A stretch of 64,000 nt of DNA from Octopus vulgaris (Eukaryota), in assembly GCA_951406725.2 (NCBI GenBank), contig OX597815.1, forward strand, positions 108,686,001 to 108,750,000, in the 5' to 3' direction. This document shows positions 25,135 through 38,742 of this stretch, in pieces (the stretch's first letter is position 1; every line of letters begins with the position of its first letter). A program made the position numbers and the translations under genes. Under the pieces are notes generated by a model, which saw only the letters and a program-made list of their open reading frames with translations, made no database searches and had not been told where the DNA came from.

Positions 25135-25856
25135 TAACTTAGAATAACTTAGAAAGGTTTTGGCCAGTATTGGCCCAGGCCATGTCTAATTTAATAGCAC
25201 CACCTGGCGAAGTCTTTCAGTTCAGGATTTGGGCACCAAGGCCCATTCGAGCAGAGAGTTATTGTTTGCGGAGACATATCCGGGTGTGGGTGGTTTATCC
25301 GGTACTGTTTGAAGGAATTTGTCCAAAGACCTCTTGAATTTTGTGTGGTCAGTTTCTTTTTTGATGTGTCCTGGTGTAATGTTGAAGAGAGCGGGTCCAA
25401 TTGAGGTGAAATAGTTGTGCCGTATTGTCGTTATGTGATGCGATTTAGATTTTTGTTGTGGACGGATGGCACGTGGTCCAAGCCTTGGATGTATTTTGAA
25501 GGTGATGCCAACATCATTCGGACAGTGCTGATGGAATATTTTCCACATCATACAGATAATGTAGCGTTCACGGCGTCGTTGGAGTGAATACAATTTCAGC
25601 TTCTCTAGTCTACCCCAGTAGTCAAGGTCTGACATGCCATCTATCTTTTTTGTGATTGACCTTTGGGGAGCTTCAATTCTCATAATATTTTATTTTGTGT
25701 AGGGAGACCACAGTGGACAGCAGTATTCAAGGTGGGGTCGGGCAAAAGTGGAGAAGAGAAGAATAATAGCGTGGGAATCTCTCGACTGGAAGGTTCTGAG
25801 AATCCAGGAACACATTCTGCGGGCCATGTCAACTTTGCTGCTTATATGTGTAGCCA
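25134..25856 (-). mobile_element. 5'-truncated CR1/L2-group LINE (C-terminus plus 3' UTR)
   Basis: WILRTF..RPHLEYCCPLWSP..QRSITKKI..LDYWGRLEKLKLYSLQRRRERY..GPALFN..FKRSLDKFL..VPDKP; short (TTCTAAGTTA) tail. Confidence 0.9.
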
Positions 25857-26637
25857 TATATATATATATATATATATTGAGTATGAGAGCAAAAGAGAGA
25901 TCACTTCTTTTTGCTTCTGTTCTGGCAGTGATCTCCTATTTAATGCATGTTGCACTATTATTTTAGGGTTGTCTTTTTGTTTTATGTTAACTGTAATCAA
26001 CTAAAGTTTTATCTTTATCATGAAAAACTCTTTCATCTAATTTTGTCTTAAATATTATTTTTTCTGTCTTAGCTTCTAGTCGACGTTATACAACCTTTCC
26101 TGTCCTTGTTTTACTTTTCTGTATCCCACTCACTAAAACTCGAATATTTTGTGTCTCATCTCCACTGCCTTTATGGCTTAACAAGCATAACCAAAAGTTT
26201 TTAATGCCTCTAAAGTAAGCAATTCTGTGTGAAGTGTTGAAACTGCTACTATCATTAGTGAGACAATTAATGTAAGCTAAATTTTCATTTATTTTCCTTG
26301 TATAATTTTTCATCTATTTTCATCATGTGTGCTTTTTCCTTACACACATGCATGCATGCACACACATATACACGCACACAACACACAAATGCACGTGCAC
26401 ACATACACATATGCACATGCATTCACACACATGCACATGCATTCACACACATGTGCACACTGACACACATACACACACAAATGTTTATCTACATGTGCAT
26501 TTTGCACAATTCCTCCGCTTTGGAAACCAGATACAAAATATGATGATATATGCTTACAAACATACATCTATATACATCAATCAATCTATTCATCCATCCA
26601 TCCATCCATCTACACACACACACACATACACACACAT

Positions 26638-26688
<51 letters not shown>

Positions 26689-26689
26689 A

Positions 26690-27045
26690 GATAATGGTGT
26701 CATTGCTTATAAACTCTATGTCTGGATAGATACATATTAAACTCTGTTGGACTTTTGGATTTTACTCAAAGGATATTGGAATATTACTCGTATATACCAT
26801 TATGTCAATAAAACGGATTTACAAATTCAATAACCATACAAATCTTACATCTATTTTCTTTCCTCCACCTCACTCTCTATTTGTATCACATCAAAACTAA
26901 CTATGACTTAATTTTTCCTCTCACACCATCTCCGGTGAAGGGATATTATCAATTAATATCCTAGAAACAGCTGTAAGACCTTCTATCTATAAATGCTCTA
27001 ATATCTATACAGCCTTGGTTTTTTATCTCATTATGCAAAAAATTC

Positions 27046-27047
<2 letters not shown>
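26690..27047 (+). mobile_element. Penelope-type pLTR (family P2) with decayed hammerhead
   Basis: atct-CCGGTGA-AG-GGATATT-atcaatt-AATATCC-TA-GAAAC-AGCT-GTA-agac at 26928-26979; bounded by (TA)n. Confidence 0.6.
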
Positions 27048-27088
<41 letters not shown>

Positions 27089-27110
27089 CAATCAAAGAGA
27101 TCATAATGAA

Positions 27111-27511
27111 GAATGGAGAAGTTTACATAACTTCAAAATTTATTTAACAAAGTACCTTTTTCATTAAATTCTATTCCCTGAAGTAGTTCTTCTGGATAAG
27201 TATCGTAATGTTATTTGATGTAGCAATTACATGCATTTAGTTGATTTATATTAAACTAATTGCCATACACATTCATCTAAACATTGGTATTCTTATGTAG
27301 CTTTATTCAAGACCTTTTATCATAAGAGATGTTACCCATATGGATAGTTGAAGTGAAATGAAGATTCAAGTATTAGATATTATATACTTGAATCTTCAGT
27401 TTGCTTCAAAGGACAATAGGACACTTATCCATCTTAAACAAATGTCAGAATGGAATCTGATGAAAAAACTACTTTAATTAGTAAATTCTGAAGCTGTATA
27501 ATTCTCCATTT
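27111..27511. repeat. Diverged inverted repeat (~65-bp arms) enclosing a perfect 15-bp hairpin
   Basis: 27111-27177 vs 27448-27511 are reverse-complementary; tgaagattcaagtat (27359-27373) pairs with atacttgaatcttca (27384-27398). Confidence 0.7.
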
Positions 27512-27699
27512 CACTTTGTGACACTTTGATTATATACTCTGTATGGTGTATGAAATCCTATCGAGTGAAGTATAGTTTAATTGTTTATCTTAAACAATTC
27601 TGAATGTTAGCTATCATTTGATGTGGTGAGCCATATCTGGATTGTGTCAGAGTGCTCATAAGGCACCTGCACAGGTCTCAAATCCCTACTACTTTGCAT

Positions 27700-27748
<49 letters not shown>

Positions 27749-27759
27749 ATATATATATC

Positions 27760-27971
27760 TTTTAGCTTTATTTGTTTCAGTTATTAGCCTAAGAACATGC
27801 TGGGGCACTGCATTGAATTTTTATTCGAATGAATCAACCCCAGTACTTCTTTTCTAAGTGTGGGACTTATTCTATCAGTCACTTTTGCTGAACTGCTAAG
27901 TTATGGGGATGCAAGCACATAAATACTAGTTGTCAAGCAGTGGTGGTGGGATAAACACAGGCAGAAGGACA

Positions 27972-28068
<97 letters not shown>

Positions 28069-28232
28069 TTATATTCAACAAATTTCTTTCAGTTTCCATC
28101 TACCAAATCCACTCACAAGGCTTTAGTTGACCTGTGACTATAGTAGAAAATACTTGTCCAAGGTGCAATGGAACTGAACCTGGAATCATGTGGTCGGAAA
28201 GCAAGCTTCTTACAACACAGCTACACCTGCAC
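27760..28232 (-). mobile_element. SINE family A with long internal (CA)n
   Basis: Family match; (CA)n at ~27976-28066 in the usual internal microsatellite position. Confidence 0.82.
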
Positions 28233-28498
28233 CTATTTCAAAAAATTTTTATATATATATATATATATGTGTGTGTGGTTAGCATACAAACAAACGAATG
28301 TTATTTGCATATACATGCATGGATGTGTGTGTGCATGTGTGTACACATATATGCACATGTACACACACACACACATACACACACATATATATGAAAAGGA
28401 TAAATATGTACAAATTCCAGAGTTGTCAAAATATGAATATGGAAATTTATACACATTTATGTGTATATGCACCTATACACGTGAGTATTTACACATAT

Positions 28499-28593
28499 GC
28501 CATATAAGTATACAAAAAGTAAGCCATATAAGTATACAAAAAGTAAGCCATATAAGTATACAAAAAGTATGCCTTATAAGTATACAAAAAGTA
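28499..28593. repeat. 24-bp minisatellite, 4 copies (gccatataagtatacaaaaagtaa)
   Basis: Directly visible head-to-tail copies. Confidence 0.93.
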
Positions 28594-29364
28594 CTTAAAT
28601 ATATGCGCATATATAATTAAATATACTCTTATGACTACATATGCTTTAGGTTAACATACACACACACACACACACATATTTATGTATCTCCTCATTTCTA
28701 TGTAACTTTGTATGTAGATACAAATATGTAAAGTGTCAGTGCAAGAAAGGTAATACTGTCTATGCTATAGATTTAACAAGAACAGGAGCAACAATAATGA
28801 TAGACGTAAGTCTACAACAATAATTCCTTAGACAATAATGTTGATTCTGTACCAATATTGAAAAGATTCAATAACAGTACAGAATCAATAGGTGTGTATT
28901 TTTAGTTCTTTACTGAACAATACTAGCAAAACTCATCTAGATGCATGAAGAAAAAATGGATACAAATATCTATAAGAAACTATGAAAGATTGTCAGTAAA
29001 GTTTTTAAGTAGGCAAAGAAAAAAAATAATAAAAGATTCTGGAGAAAGAAAAGAAAAAAAGAAAGGAAGAAAGTATGTGTAATAGATTGGAAAAAAAAAA
29101 AAGATGTCTTATTAGACATGGTAGGTTCATAAAATATAAGAAATAAATGTATTATTAAACAAAATTGAAGAATAAAAAATGCTGAAGAATAGAAAAGATT
29201 CTGAAAGTTAAAAAAAAAATGGTAGATGAATAAGAAGTGCATAAATAAAAAATCAATTTAGAAAAAAATGTGAACTTAAAGAGAAGTATGCATAAAAATA
29301 ACAGTGAACTAAGCTAATAATATTATAAATTATCTGTTGTACCTATCTTTATACATTCATACAT

Positions 29365-29502
29365 GCATCACCATCATCATCACTGCCATTATCATCATCA
29401 TCGTCATCACCATCATTGTTGTTGTTGTCATCATCATCATTGTCATCATCATTGTCATCCTTAAACTTCTTTTCCACACCACTACCACCACCACCACCGT
29501 CG

Positions 29503-29557
<55 letters not shown>

Positions 29558-29753
29558 TATTGCTGTCATTGTCATAATTGTTGTTGTTGTTTTTCATTGC
29601 TGTTGTCATCGTTGTCTTTGTCATCAGCAACTTCAAACTCCTCCTTCTCCACACCACCACCACCACTGCCTCTACAATCGTCGTCATCGTCGTCATCGTC
29701 CTCATCGTCGTCATCGTCGTCGTCGTCATCATCTTTGTCATCATCATCATCAT
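29365..29753. repeat. Mosaic trinucleotide tract (CAT/CGT/GTT/CAC)n
   Basis: Directly visible; source of the spurious poly-D/H/V ORFs. Confidence 0.93.
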
Positions 29754-30666
29754 TCCTCACCTAATTTTCACTCCAACATCTTAAGCTGCTGCAGGGACAC
29801 TAAGTTATTGATTCTGTCTGTTGATTACTCCCACCTGGTGATTAGACCTCCTGTTTCCTTTAGTGATGTCCAGAGGCTTTCCAGGTGTATACGAAGAAGC
29901 CTCCACTGCTGTCTTCTTCTGAGTGTGCATATATGTATGTATGATTGACTGCATGTATTTCTCCATTTGTGTGTGAGTACACAAGCTTGAGTACACTGAC
30001 ACACATCTGTCTATGTGAGTATAATGTGTGTATGTATGTATCTGTGGGTGCACGTACATGTGTATTTATGTGTCAGTGAGGTTAAAAATATGTAGGATAT
30101 CATATAGTTCTTACCAGCATAGTTAACATTTTGTGTATTTATGTTGTACCAATGCTGTTTAACATTTTATAGTGGGAGGTTTGTTTGAGTATCATTGGAT
30201 AATATACTTACTCACATACATTCACACACAGGGACACACACTTATACAAAAATATAACTTGAAAGTACATACAATCCAAGAAAACATTCAACTTCACAGC
30301 AATGTGTAGAACTAAAAATAACAAATGTATTTTTGAACACACATAGAATGGTAACATTTATTTCTAATCAACTACAAGTTATTAACATCTGATGAAGGAA
30401 CTTATCACAGAATTGTTCACAAGTACAGACATTTGTTAATCATTTATCAACTAGTTTTAATTTAACATCGATGGCATGTATATTATAAACATAACTGATG
30501 AACTACATTAATCATATATAAGAAATCATGAAATTTCAAAGGGCAGACCTAGCCATGTGATTCAGAAATTTTATTTAGAATGGTGTGGTTTTCAATTTGA
30601 TCCCACTTGTGCAAGTACCAAATGTAAATAGAACTTCATAGATGAGATGGAAATTGTACAGGAACC

Positions 30667-30706
<40 letters not shown>

Positions 30707-31224
30707 TTATTGGAAGGTTTAGAAATGATGTACAGGTATTTTATATTAGAATAAATGAGGTACTCAGAAAATCAGATGGTTTTATATTTACAAATATTTA
30801 TTTGTATATTACATGTTTTTATACATCATATAACTTAGATCATGTATTAGCGCTTTCTCCCATTCTAGTGGGGTTTTCAAATCAAACTAAGTTCCTGTGT
30901 GAAAAGTTTTTACCATTTTATAGTGGTATTGAGTTTGTAGTGGTGGGGAGGAATATAAGACAGTACAAGAGGGTGATAGATGAGGAGAAAGTGAGAGAGA
31001 GAGAGAGAGAGCGTGTGTGTGTGTGTGTGTGCTTTTGTATTTGGAAAGAATGCTAAAGAAAAAGAGGAGAAGGGAGAGGGAAGAAGAAGAAAAGAATTTT
31101 TTTGCTCTGCTGGACAGCATGCTTACTCCAAGGGGGGCCTAAGATCTTGGGGAAAAAGAATATATATATATATATATAAAATATAGTGAGTTCATAGCTG
31201 TAACCTGCACCAGTGTCACATAAC

Positions 31225-31545
31225 CAGCCCACTCAAAAGTATCTTGGATCATTGGGCAGCATGCCATGCTTCAGGAGACCTATTGAGTCAAGTATATCAA
31301 CATCAACAGCAATATCAAAATCAAATCAAATGGAAATTGTAGTTGTGATCCCCATGCCAGTAGCATGTAAAAAGCACCCACTACACTCTTGGAGTGGTTG
31401 GCATTAGGAAGGGCATGAAGTTGTAGAAACACTGCCAGATCAAGATTGGGGCCTGATGCAGCCTCCTGGCTTCTCAGCCCCAGTCGAACTATCCAAGCCA
31501 TACCAGAATGGAGAACAGACGTTAAATGATGATGATGATGATGAC
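31225..31545 (+). mobile_element. RTE-3'-end-type repeat with (GAT)n tail
   Basis: aaaagcacccactacactc..gagtggttggcattaggaagggcat..gacgttaaatgatgatgat. Confidence 0.78.
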
Positions 31546-31556
31546 ATATATATATA

Positions 31557-31594
<38 letters not shown>

Positions 31595-31724
31595 CTCTTT
31601 TACTCTTTTACTTGTTTCAGCCATCCGGCTGAGGCATGCTGGGGCATCATCACCCAGAATTTATACATATGTATAAAAATATATGATTTGATTTTGATTT
31701 GATTTGATTTTGATTTTTATATGC

Positions 31725-31777
<53 letters not shown>

Positions 31778-31781
<4 letters not shown>

Positions 31782-32297
31782 TCCTGGTATTTTGTTCTGA
31801 CACTATTGTGCATATCCATTTCTTGCTAAGTGTCTTCCTGGTACCTAGGGCAGAGAGATGCACTGTATATATTGTTAGGCCATTAAAACAAACACACCAA
31901 ATTGTTCACTTACAAAGTCATGTGATAGAGAAAAGGAGGAAGAAAGACAGTGCAAATAAAAAAAAAAAAATAAACAAAAAATAAAGGGAAAAAAAGGAAA
32001 GAAAAGAAAGAAAATTCGTGACATACCAGTTAAGATGATCTTTTGCACTTCCTGCAGGTATGGTAAGTCAGGGATCATCGTTAATTAATTTTCAGTTCCT
32101 TTATTTGATCATTCTTGTATTATTATTATTATCATTATTATCATTATTATCATCATCATCATCATCATCATAATCATCATCATCCTCAACCTCATCCTCA
32201 TCATCATCATCATCATCATCATTATTATTATTATGTTTTTTCCTTCTTTCTTCAAATTTTCTTCTGTTTCTCACCAAGTGTTTTCCATACGTTATTA

Positions 32298-32375
<78 letters not shown>

Positions 32376-32600
32376 TTATGATTATGATTATTATTATCAT
32401 TATTATTACTTTCATTAGCATCTTCTTTCAATTCTGTTTCCAGTTCTTGCTGAGTGTCTTCCTGACCCCTAGGGCAGAGAAACATACTGTCTACATTGGT
32501 AGTGGTAGGCCATTAAAATAAACACACCAGATTGTTCACTTACAAAGTTATGTGATAGAGAAGAGGGAAAGAAAGATAGAGAGAAAGAGGAAAAATAAAA
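31778..32600 (-). mobile_element. Cluster of R4/Dong-type LINE 3' ends among (TAA)n/(TGA)n tracts
   Basis: IPDLPYLQEVQKIILTGMSRI (minus, ~32015-32078) resembles the R4/Dong C-terminus (LQK..L.GT.HILR); the 3' UTR recurs at 31820-31940 and 32445-32570; long (AAT)n tails. Confidence 0.65.
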
Positions 32601-32750
32601 AATTGCTTAACAACCACATGGTTCCGGGTTCAATCCAACTGCGTGGCACCTTGGGCAAGTGTCTTCTACTGTAACCTTGGGTCAACCAAAGACTTATGAG
32701 TGGATTTGGTAGACAGAAACTGAAAGAAGCCCATTGTATATATTTATATA
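32600..32750 (+). mobile_element. SINE family A, 5' half only
   Basis: ccacatggttccgggttcaatcc..ccttgggcaagtg..gaaagaagcc then a (TA) tract. Confidence 0.82.
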
Positions 32751-33624
32751 TCAAAAGGATGCGTTATAATACTATTTCCCTGCCATACCAACAATCCAAT
32801 AATACTAATCCACATATACAAAAACAGCCATACCAACAATCCAGCATACCTCCATCATCAGCTGCCCCACAGATGTCATTATTGTTTCAACACCTGGGCA
32901 GTACCATTCAATCTGGCGGTGTCAACAGCACTAAAGTAAGTGTTGTTTGGGATCAAACAAACCAAAAAAACGACAACTCTCAAACACATTTACCCAATGT
33001 ACAACCATATCAATAAATAAATTCCATAAGTAAATTGCAACCACTCCTAAATACATAACTAAACAGTGACAACTCTATTGAGTCATACAAAATTATAATC
33101 CTTACCGTCTTCCATAGTATAATATAAAAGTAAAAGCTTAATAACCACATTATTTCAATTAATCAATATATAGGCGGGGTTAAGCACTAACTTTACTAAA
33201 ACTACAAGAGACATTTAAACCAATGTACATTGTATCGGTATTAATAGTAAACTGCGATAACTAAATTATATGCCCTCTCTGTTGTCAGCCTTTCTGTTTC
33301 CAAGCAAGGCAATATTTTTCCTGGCATAAGAAGTTTTTGCAGAATGTTGGAAATGAATGAGACTGCTTGTGTTGGAATAGTCATTGCTATGATGACGGGT
33401 CTGTTCAATCAGGGCTAAACTAGGACATAACAATTAAATAAATCATTTTAATAATTTTCATTAACTTCATTAACCAATGATAACTAAAGATAATTCAATA
33501 AAATGCCTTTTACTTTAATGTCAAGAAACAACAGTTAATAACTTTATTCACCAAACTTATCCTACATTACTCCAAGGATTAAATTTTTCTTTTATGGAAT
33601 AAATATATACATACATGAATATTA

Positions 33625-33833
33625 TACTCTCTCTTTACTCTTTAAGTGCGGCCATGCTAGAGCAGCACCTTGAGTCGAGCAAATCGACCCCAGGACTTAT
33701 TCTTTGTAAGTCTAGTACTTATTCTATCAGTCTCTTTTTGCTGAACTGCTAAGTTACGGGGACGTAAGCACACCAGCATCAGTTGACAAGTGATGTTGGG
33801 GGAACAAACACAGACACACAAACATATACACAC

Positions 33834-33914
<81 letters not shown>

Positions 33915-34135
33915 AATATATATATATATATATGTGTGTATATATATATATATAAATATATATACATATATACGATGAACTTCTTTCAGTTTCCATCTAC
34001 CAAATCCACTTACAAGGCTTTGGTTGGCCCGAGGCTATAGTAGAAGACACTTGCCCGAGGTGCCACACAGTGGGACTGAACCCGGAACCATGTGGTTGTG
34101 AAGCAAGCTTCTCACCACTCAGCTACTCCTGTGCC
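33625..34135 (-). mobile_element. SINE family A, full length
   Basis: Family match with ~130-bp internal (TA)n. Confidence 0.88.
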
Positions 34136-36949
34136 TATTTTACACAATGAAACTATAAAATATAAATGGAGAAATATAAGTCACTATTGAATAGTGATTG
34201 TACAATGAAGACACATAATTGTTTCAATTTCCCTGACTGACATAAATCAAGTTTTATCAATCATCAAATAGGGATGGAAGAGCATCCAGCTACAGTAAAC
34301 ACTGAGCCAACCAGAACAACATCATTCAGTGAGTTAATGGTGGAGGCTCTTGGTATTCATTCAGCCTCTAGAGATAGCAGCCAAATCTCTCTCAGTTTGC
34401 ACATGTACTGTATTAAAAATTGAAAGGACCCTCTGGATATTTCTAAAGAGAAGAATAAATGGCATATATTGATAAAGCTAGAAAACCTCTGAACATACAT
34501 CTATCTCTTGATGGTGAATCTTTTTTGATAACACAATAAGATCTCACCTACAAGGTATATAAATCTGGATATACAGTAAGATATAGAAAGAAATGCATAA
34601 GCAAATGCTATTTGATTCCTAATTATCTCAAAGAAACAAATACATTACAATCGATAGAAATCATTATATTATATGCACCTACTTCATCAGCAGATGTGCC
34701 TATATCATTACCTCTTCGACTAATTAGCTAGTGCATGTACTTCACCAATATACATGCCTACATCCATTACAATTCTCTACTAATGGGAAACTCTGGTGAC
34801 ACGTTGCTACAAGTAGTTCGTTATGTAAGCCCTGCAAATATGGTTGAGCCAGTAGATGCAACCCAGAGATGCAGTACCCCAACAGAAGTATCAGTAGATC
34901 ACTGTTTCTGGTAGTTGTCATGGCAATTGTAGCCACACAAGCAAAGAAGCAGTGGTCGGTAGATCAACAATTAAGTATCAATACATAGCATTAACAGACA
35001 ACAGGTCAGACAACCAGCAATGGAAGGAATTAAGATTTAGCTTTTATTGGCTACCAGAGAGCACCAAACAGAACAGTGACTGTCTTGATGATCATACTTA
35101 CCAACTTGCAGAGCTATGACTGAGCGAAGGACTCAGATACTAGCACTTTATATCCAACAGTTTCTATCAATAATTCTGAACTTTTCTGCCAGTATGTAGG
35201 CTTTCTTCTGACACTCTATTCACATATGATTTCTCTGTGTGCATGCTTACATGGGACTGTCTGTAGAGTCACTTATACAAATGGATACATATCCTGAAAA
35301 TTATCTGGAGATTAGTTCACATGTAGTGACACATTAATCAAATCAGTTTGTATCTATTGCCTGCATGCATAGAATGTTCTTTATGTTGTGTATGTATGAG
35401 TAGATATGTTTATGTGTGTATATGTCTGTGTGTATGTCATTGCATGTGTGAATGTGTATGAACTAAGTATGTGTGTATGCATCATCTATGATTTTGTACA
35501 ATGCTATGTTTATCTGTTTAATTGTGACATTTACTCTTTTGAATTTATATGTAGCTTCATCTTTATAGTATTATTTATGTTTGTTTTTTCTTTCTTGAAA
35601 TTGAAACGTCATATTGTATGCACTGTTTCTCGTATAGTCAATTAGTGACCAGTATAAATCTAAATAAGACTATTGTTAAATATAATTTTCTTTGTTCTGC
35701 ACAACTCATAAATCAATGTTTTTCAGAACAAAATTTATAGGATCAGTACTAAACACTAGTTTGTGTCTTGCTCAATGAGCATTCTGTGGTAGAAGTATTG
35801 AACACAACACAACAAGGCACCATTGAGCTACTCCATTGATATTAACAATTACAGCTGCTCGGGGTCAGTTAGTGCATCATGGTTATACATCATGCCAGAA
35901 TTAGCAACCAAAGCTTCCTCAAATCATATCCAATGATTAAAAAGAAAGGATGTTTTGAATAAAATAGAGTTTTAAAAACTACCTCTGAAACAAATAAGAG
36001 AATGTTTATAGCTAGAATACATTTGGTCATAGATCTGCTGGACCAGGGCTAATTTACAGTCAACAGAACAATAACAGTGTTAGAAGTAGGTAGTCTCATA
36101 CACAGAAGAATAAGTCTCTTGATCATGGAAACATTATAACACTAATGATATGACATGATCTCCTGAATCCCTTATGTTGGCTGATACACTATTGACTATT
36201 CATTAGGCATGCCTCCCTTTATGTCTGTCCATCCCTCTCTCTCTCTCTCTCGATTCATATATAAACTAATTTACAAATGATAGGCACACAAAATTTGCTA
36301 TGTTTGTCTAATGATTTAATGGATTTTCCACTATCTCTCAGTTAAACCTCCCAATATAAACTTCTAAATGGTAGCAACATGATACAAAACAGCTATTCTA
36401 CTTGTCACACATCTGTTAAATTACCAGACAAATATACCTCCATTACTAGATGTGAAGAAAACCGGATATTTTCTACACAACTAATTACAAATTAATATAT
36501 GATATAATATAATATTATATATATATATATATATGTACACGCATGAAGCACATGACAGCGTAAATATGTTATAATAAATATAAAAATGTATAAAAGCATG
36601 CCATAAACATTTAAATTGTCAATGTAACCACGAAGTAGCACCAACAGAACACACACACATTCAGTGCCAATGTTGACATTCACTCTTGCACACACACACA
36701 CACACACACACACATGCACACATGCAATATTACTTTCACTTTCTTTCATTGATGATATTGTACAGAGTATTAAAATATTGTATATCTATGACCTGATCAC
36801 TAACACAATTCTACTGTGACTCCTCTGTGTGTGTGTGTGTGTGTGTTTGCACAAGTTCAGGCATGGGCAATGATTAAAAATGTTGCTTCAGGTTCAATCT
36901 CACAGTTTGGCTGGTAAGAGTTGCTTACCATACAATAATAATAATAATA

Positions 36950-37140
36950 ACAACATCGAAAAATACCTTAGGAATGAGAACCCAGGTTCGAAATTTCCCC
37001 AAGACACCTGATGAAGGCTGGAGGGTATATCAGCCAAAACGTTGTGTTATCAACAAACAAGATGAGGACAAATATCCATCAATTGTAAATAATGTAAATA
37101 ATGTACATAATTCCTCATCTCTTAAATATAGAACTGTATT
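36950..37140 (+). mobile_element. Short pLTR-like repeat (family P3) with hammerhead motif
   Basis: gacac-CTGATGA-A-GGCTG-gagggtatat-CAGCC-(A)AAAC-GTT-gtgtt at 37003-37048; between (AAT)n and (ATAC)n. Confidence 0.65.
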
Positions 37141-37279
37141 ATACATACATACATACATACATACATACATACATACATACATACATACATACATACATAC
37201 ATACATACATACGTACATACACACATAAATACATACATACATACATACATACATACATACATACATACATACATACAAA

Positions 37280-37392
37280 CAAAAATACGCTGTTGCTGAT
37301 GTTGAAATTCCAATTAAGAAGTCTTGGATCTAGGTTAGAAATTGGTTCTTTGTCTATTAGCAAGAAATCTTGAAATAAATTGAATAATGACA
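37280..37392 (+). mobile_element. ~110-bp repeat embedded in (CATA)n
   Basis: aaaaatac.ctg..gttgaaattccaat..gatctaggttagaaa..gcaagaaatcttgaaa..tgaataatgac; second copy at 58417-58525. Confidence 0.75.
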
Positions 37393-37401
37393 TACATACA
37401 T

Positions 37402-37434
<33 letters not shown>

Positions 37435-38254
37435 TACACACACATACATACATACATACATACATACATACATACATACATACATACATCCATACATACA
37501 TGCATACATACATACATACATACATTGTTTTCATTATCTACATTGCAGTGATAGAGCTTTATATTCTTATATTCTTGTTAGAAATCAAATCCTTTTTTAA
37601 AGGAAGAAATTAAATGATTAAAAACAGGAAAGAATGTACACAGATACATACATTCACACGTTGTTTTACCCAAGAAATAGCTGCTGAGTTTTCACTCAGA
37701 TCACACTGTGTCATCTTAAAAACAAGAAACCACTGATTAAAGCATACTATGTGTTAACAAATGCTCATGGCTAGAATATCACTGATTGATAGATCTGCTG
37801 AATCAGGACTGATTTGGGGCTAAACCACAACAACTATGACAACAAAGGAAAATTTTAAGCTTCAGCTAAGAGTTGGCACATTAGGTATTGTGCTTCCATC
37901 ATAATGTAATAGAATAACATCAACTACAAAACATAGAAGTAGTTGGTGAACAAATACAATGCAGAATAACAAACACAGCGTTTACAATCATCTGGTTAAA
38001 TATTTAAACAGTCAGTCTTTAGATGTTCAGAGATAAATCAATAAAAGGAAGAAAGAAATACGAAAGAGGTCTGTTATCATTTCTTCTATCTTCTAGCATT
38101 GTCTCATGAAGATTTGATTTTTAAGTAGCACTAAACCAGCATGGGATACATGCACACATACATACATATATACATACATACATACATACATACATGCGTA
38201 CATATATACATACATTCATGTATGCATGCATAAATATATATATGTATGTATGTA

Positions 38255-38310
<56 letters not shown>

Positions 38311-38316
<6 letters not shown>

Positions 38317-38604
38317 CATCATCATCATCGTCGTTTAACGTCCGTTCTCCATGCTAGCATGGGTTGGACGGTTCGACCGGGGTTCTGGGAAGCCAGAAGG
38401 CTGCACCAGGCTCCAGTCTAATCTGGCAATGTTTCTACAGCTGGATGCCCTTCCTAACGCCAACCACTCCGTGAGTGTAGTGGGTGCTTTTTACGTGCCA
38501 CCTGCACAGGTGCCAGGCGGGGCTGGCAATGGCCACGGTCAGATTGGTGTATTTTATGTGCCACCGGCACGGAAGCCAGTCGAGGCGGTGCTGGCATCGG
38601 CCAC

Positions 38605-38605
<1 letters not shown>
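38311..38605 (-). mobile_element. RTE-3'-end-type repeat, young copy
   Basis: (CAT)n tail, ggatgcccttcctaacgccaacc motif, internal ~50-bp subrepeats; CpGs retained. Confidence 0.82.
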
Positions 38606-38648
<43 letters not shown>

Positions 38649-38682
38649 GTACACACACATACATGTACACACATACATACTA

Positions 38683-38742
<60 letters not shown>

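Noticed and set aside
26072-26214. Plus-strand exon candidate (ttttctgtcttag ... AAA|gtaagc, one open frame)
   Set aside because: Peptide unrecognisable and no partner exons found; such splice-like pairs arise by chance in AT-rich DNA.
28499-28593. 24-bp repeats as a CRISPR-like array
   Set aside because: Head-to-tail copies with no spacers, eukaryotic context, no cas genes.
29759-29920. Minus-strand exon ending in AG|GTGAGG
   Set aside because: All three frames contain stops and the acceptor is weak.
33090-33270. Possible mitochondrial insertion (NUMT)
   Set aside because: Only compositional resemblance; no recognisable mitochondrial gene or tRNA.
34680-35120. Possible Gypsy pol remnant (SADVPISLPL, cf. 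NADALSRLP)
   Set aside because: Only one or two weak motifs, no LTRs; too degenerate to call.
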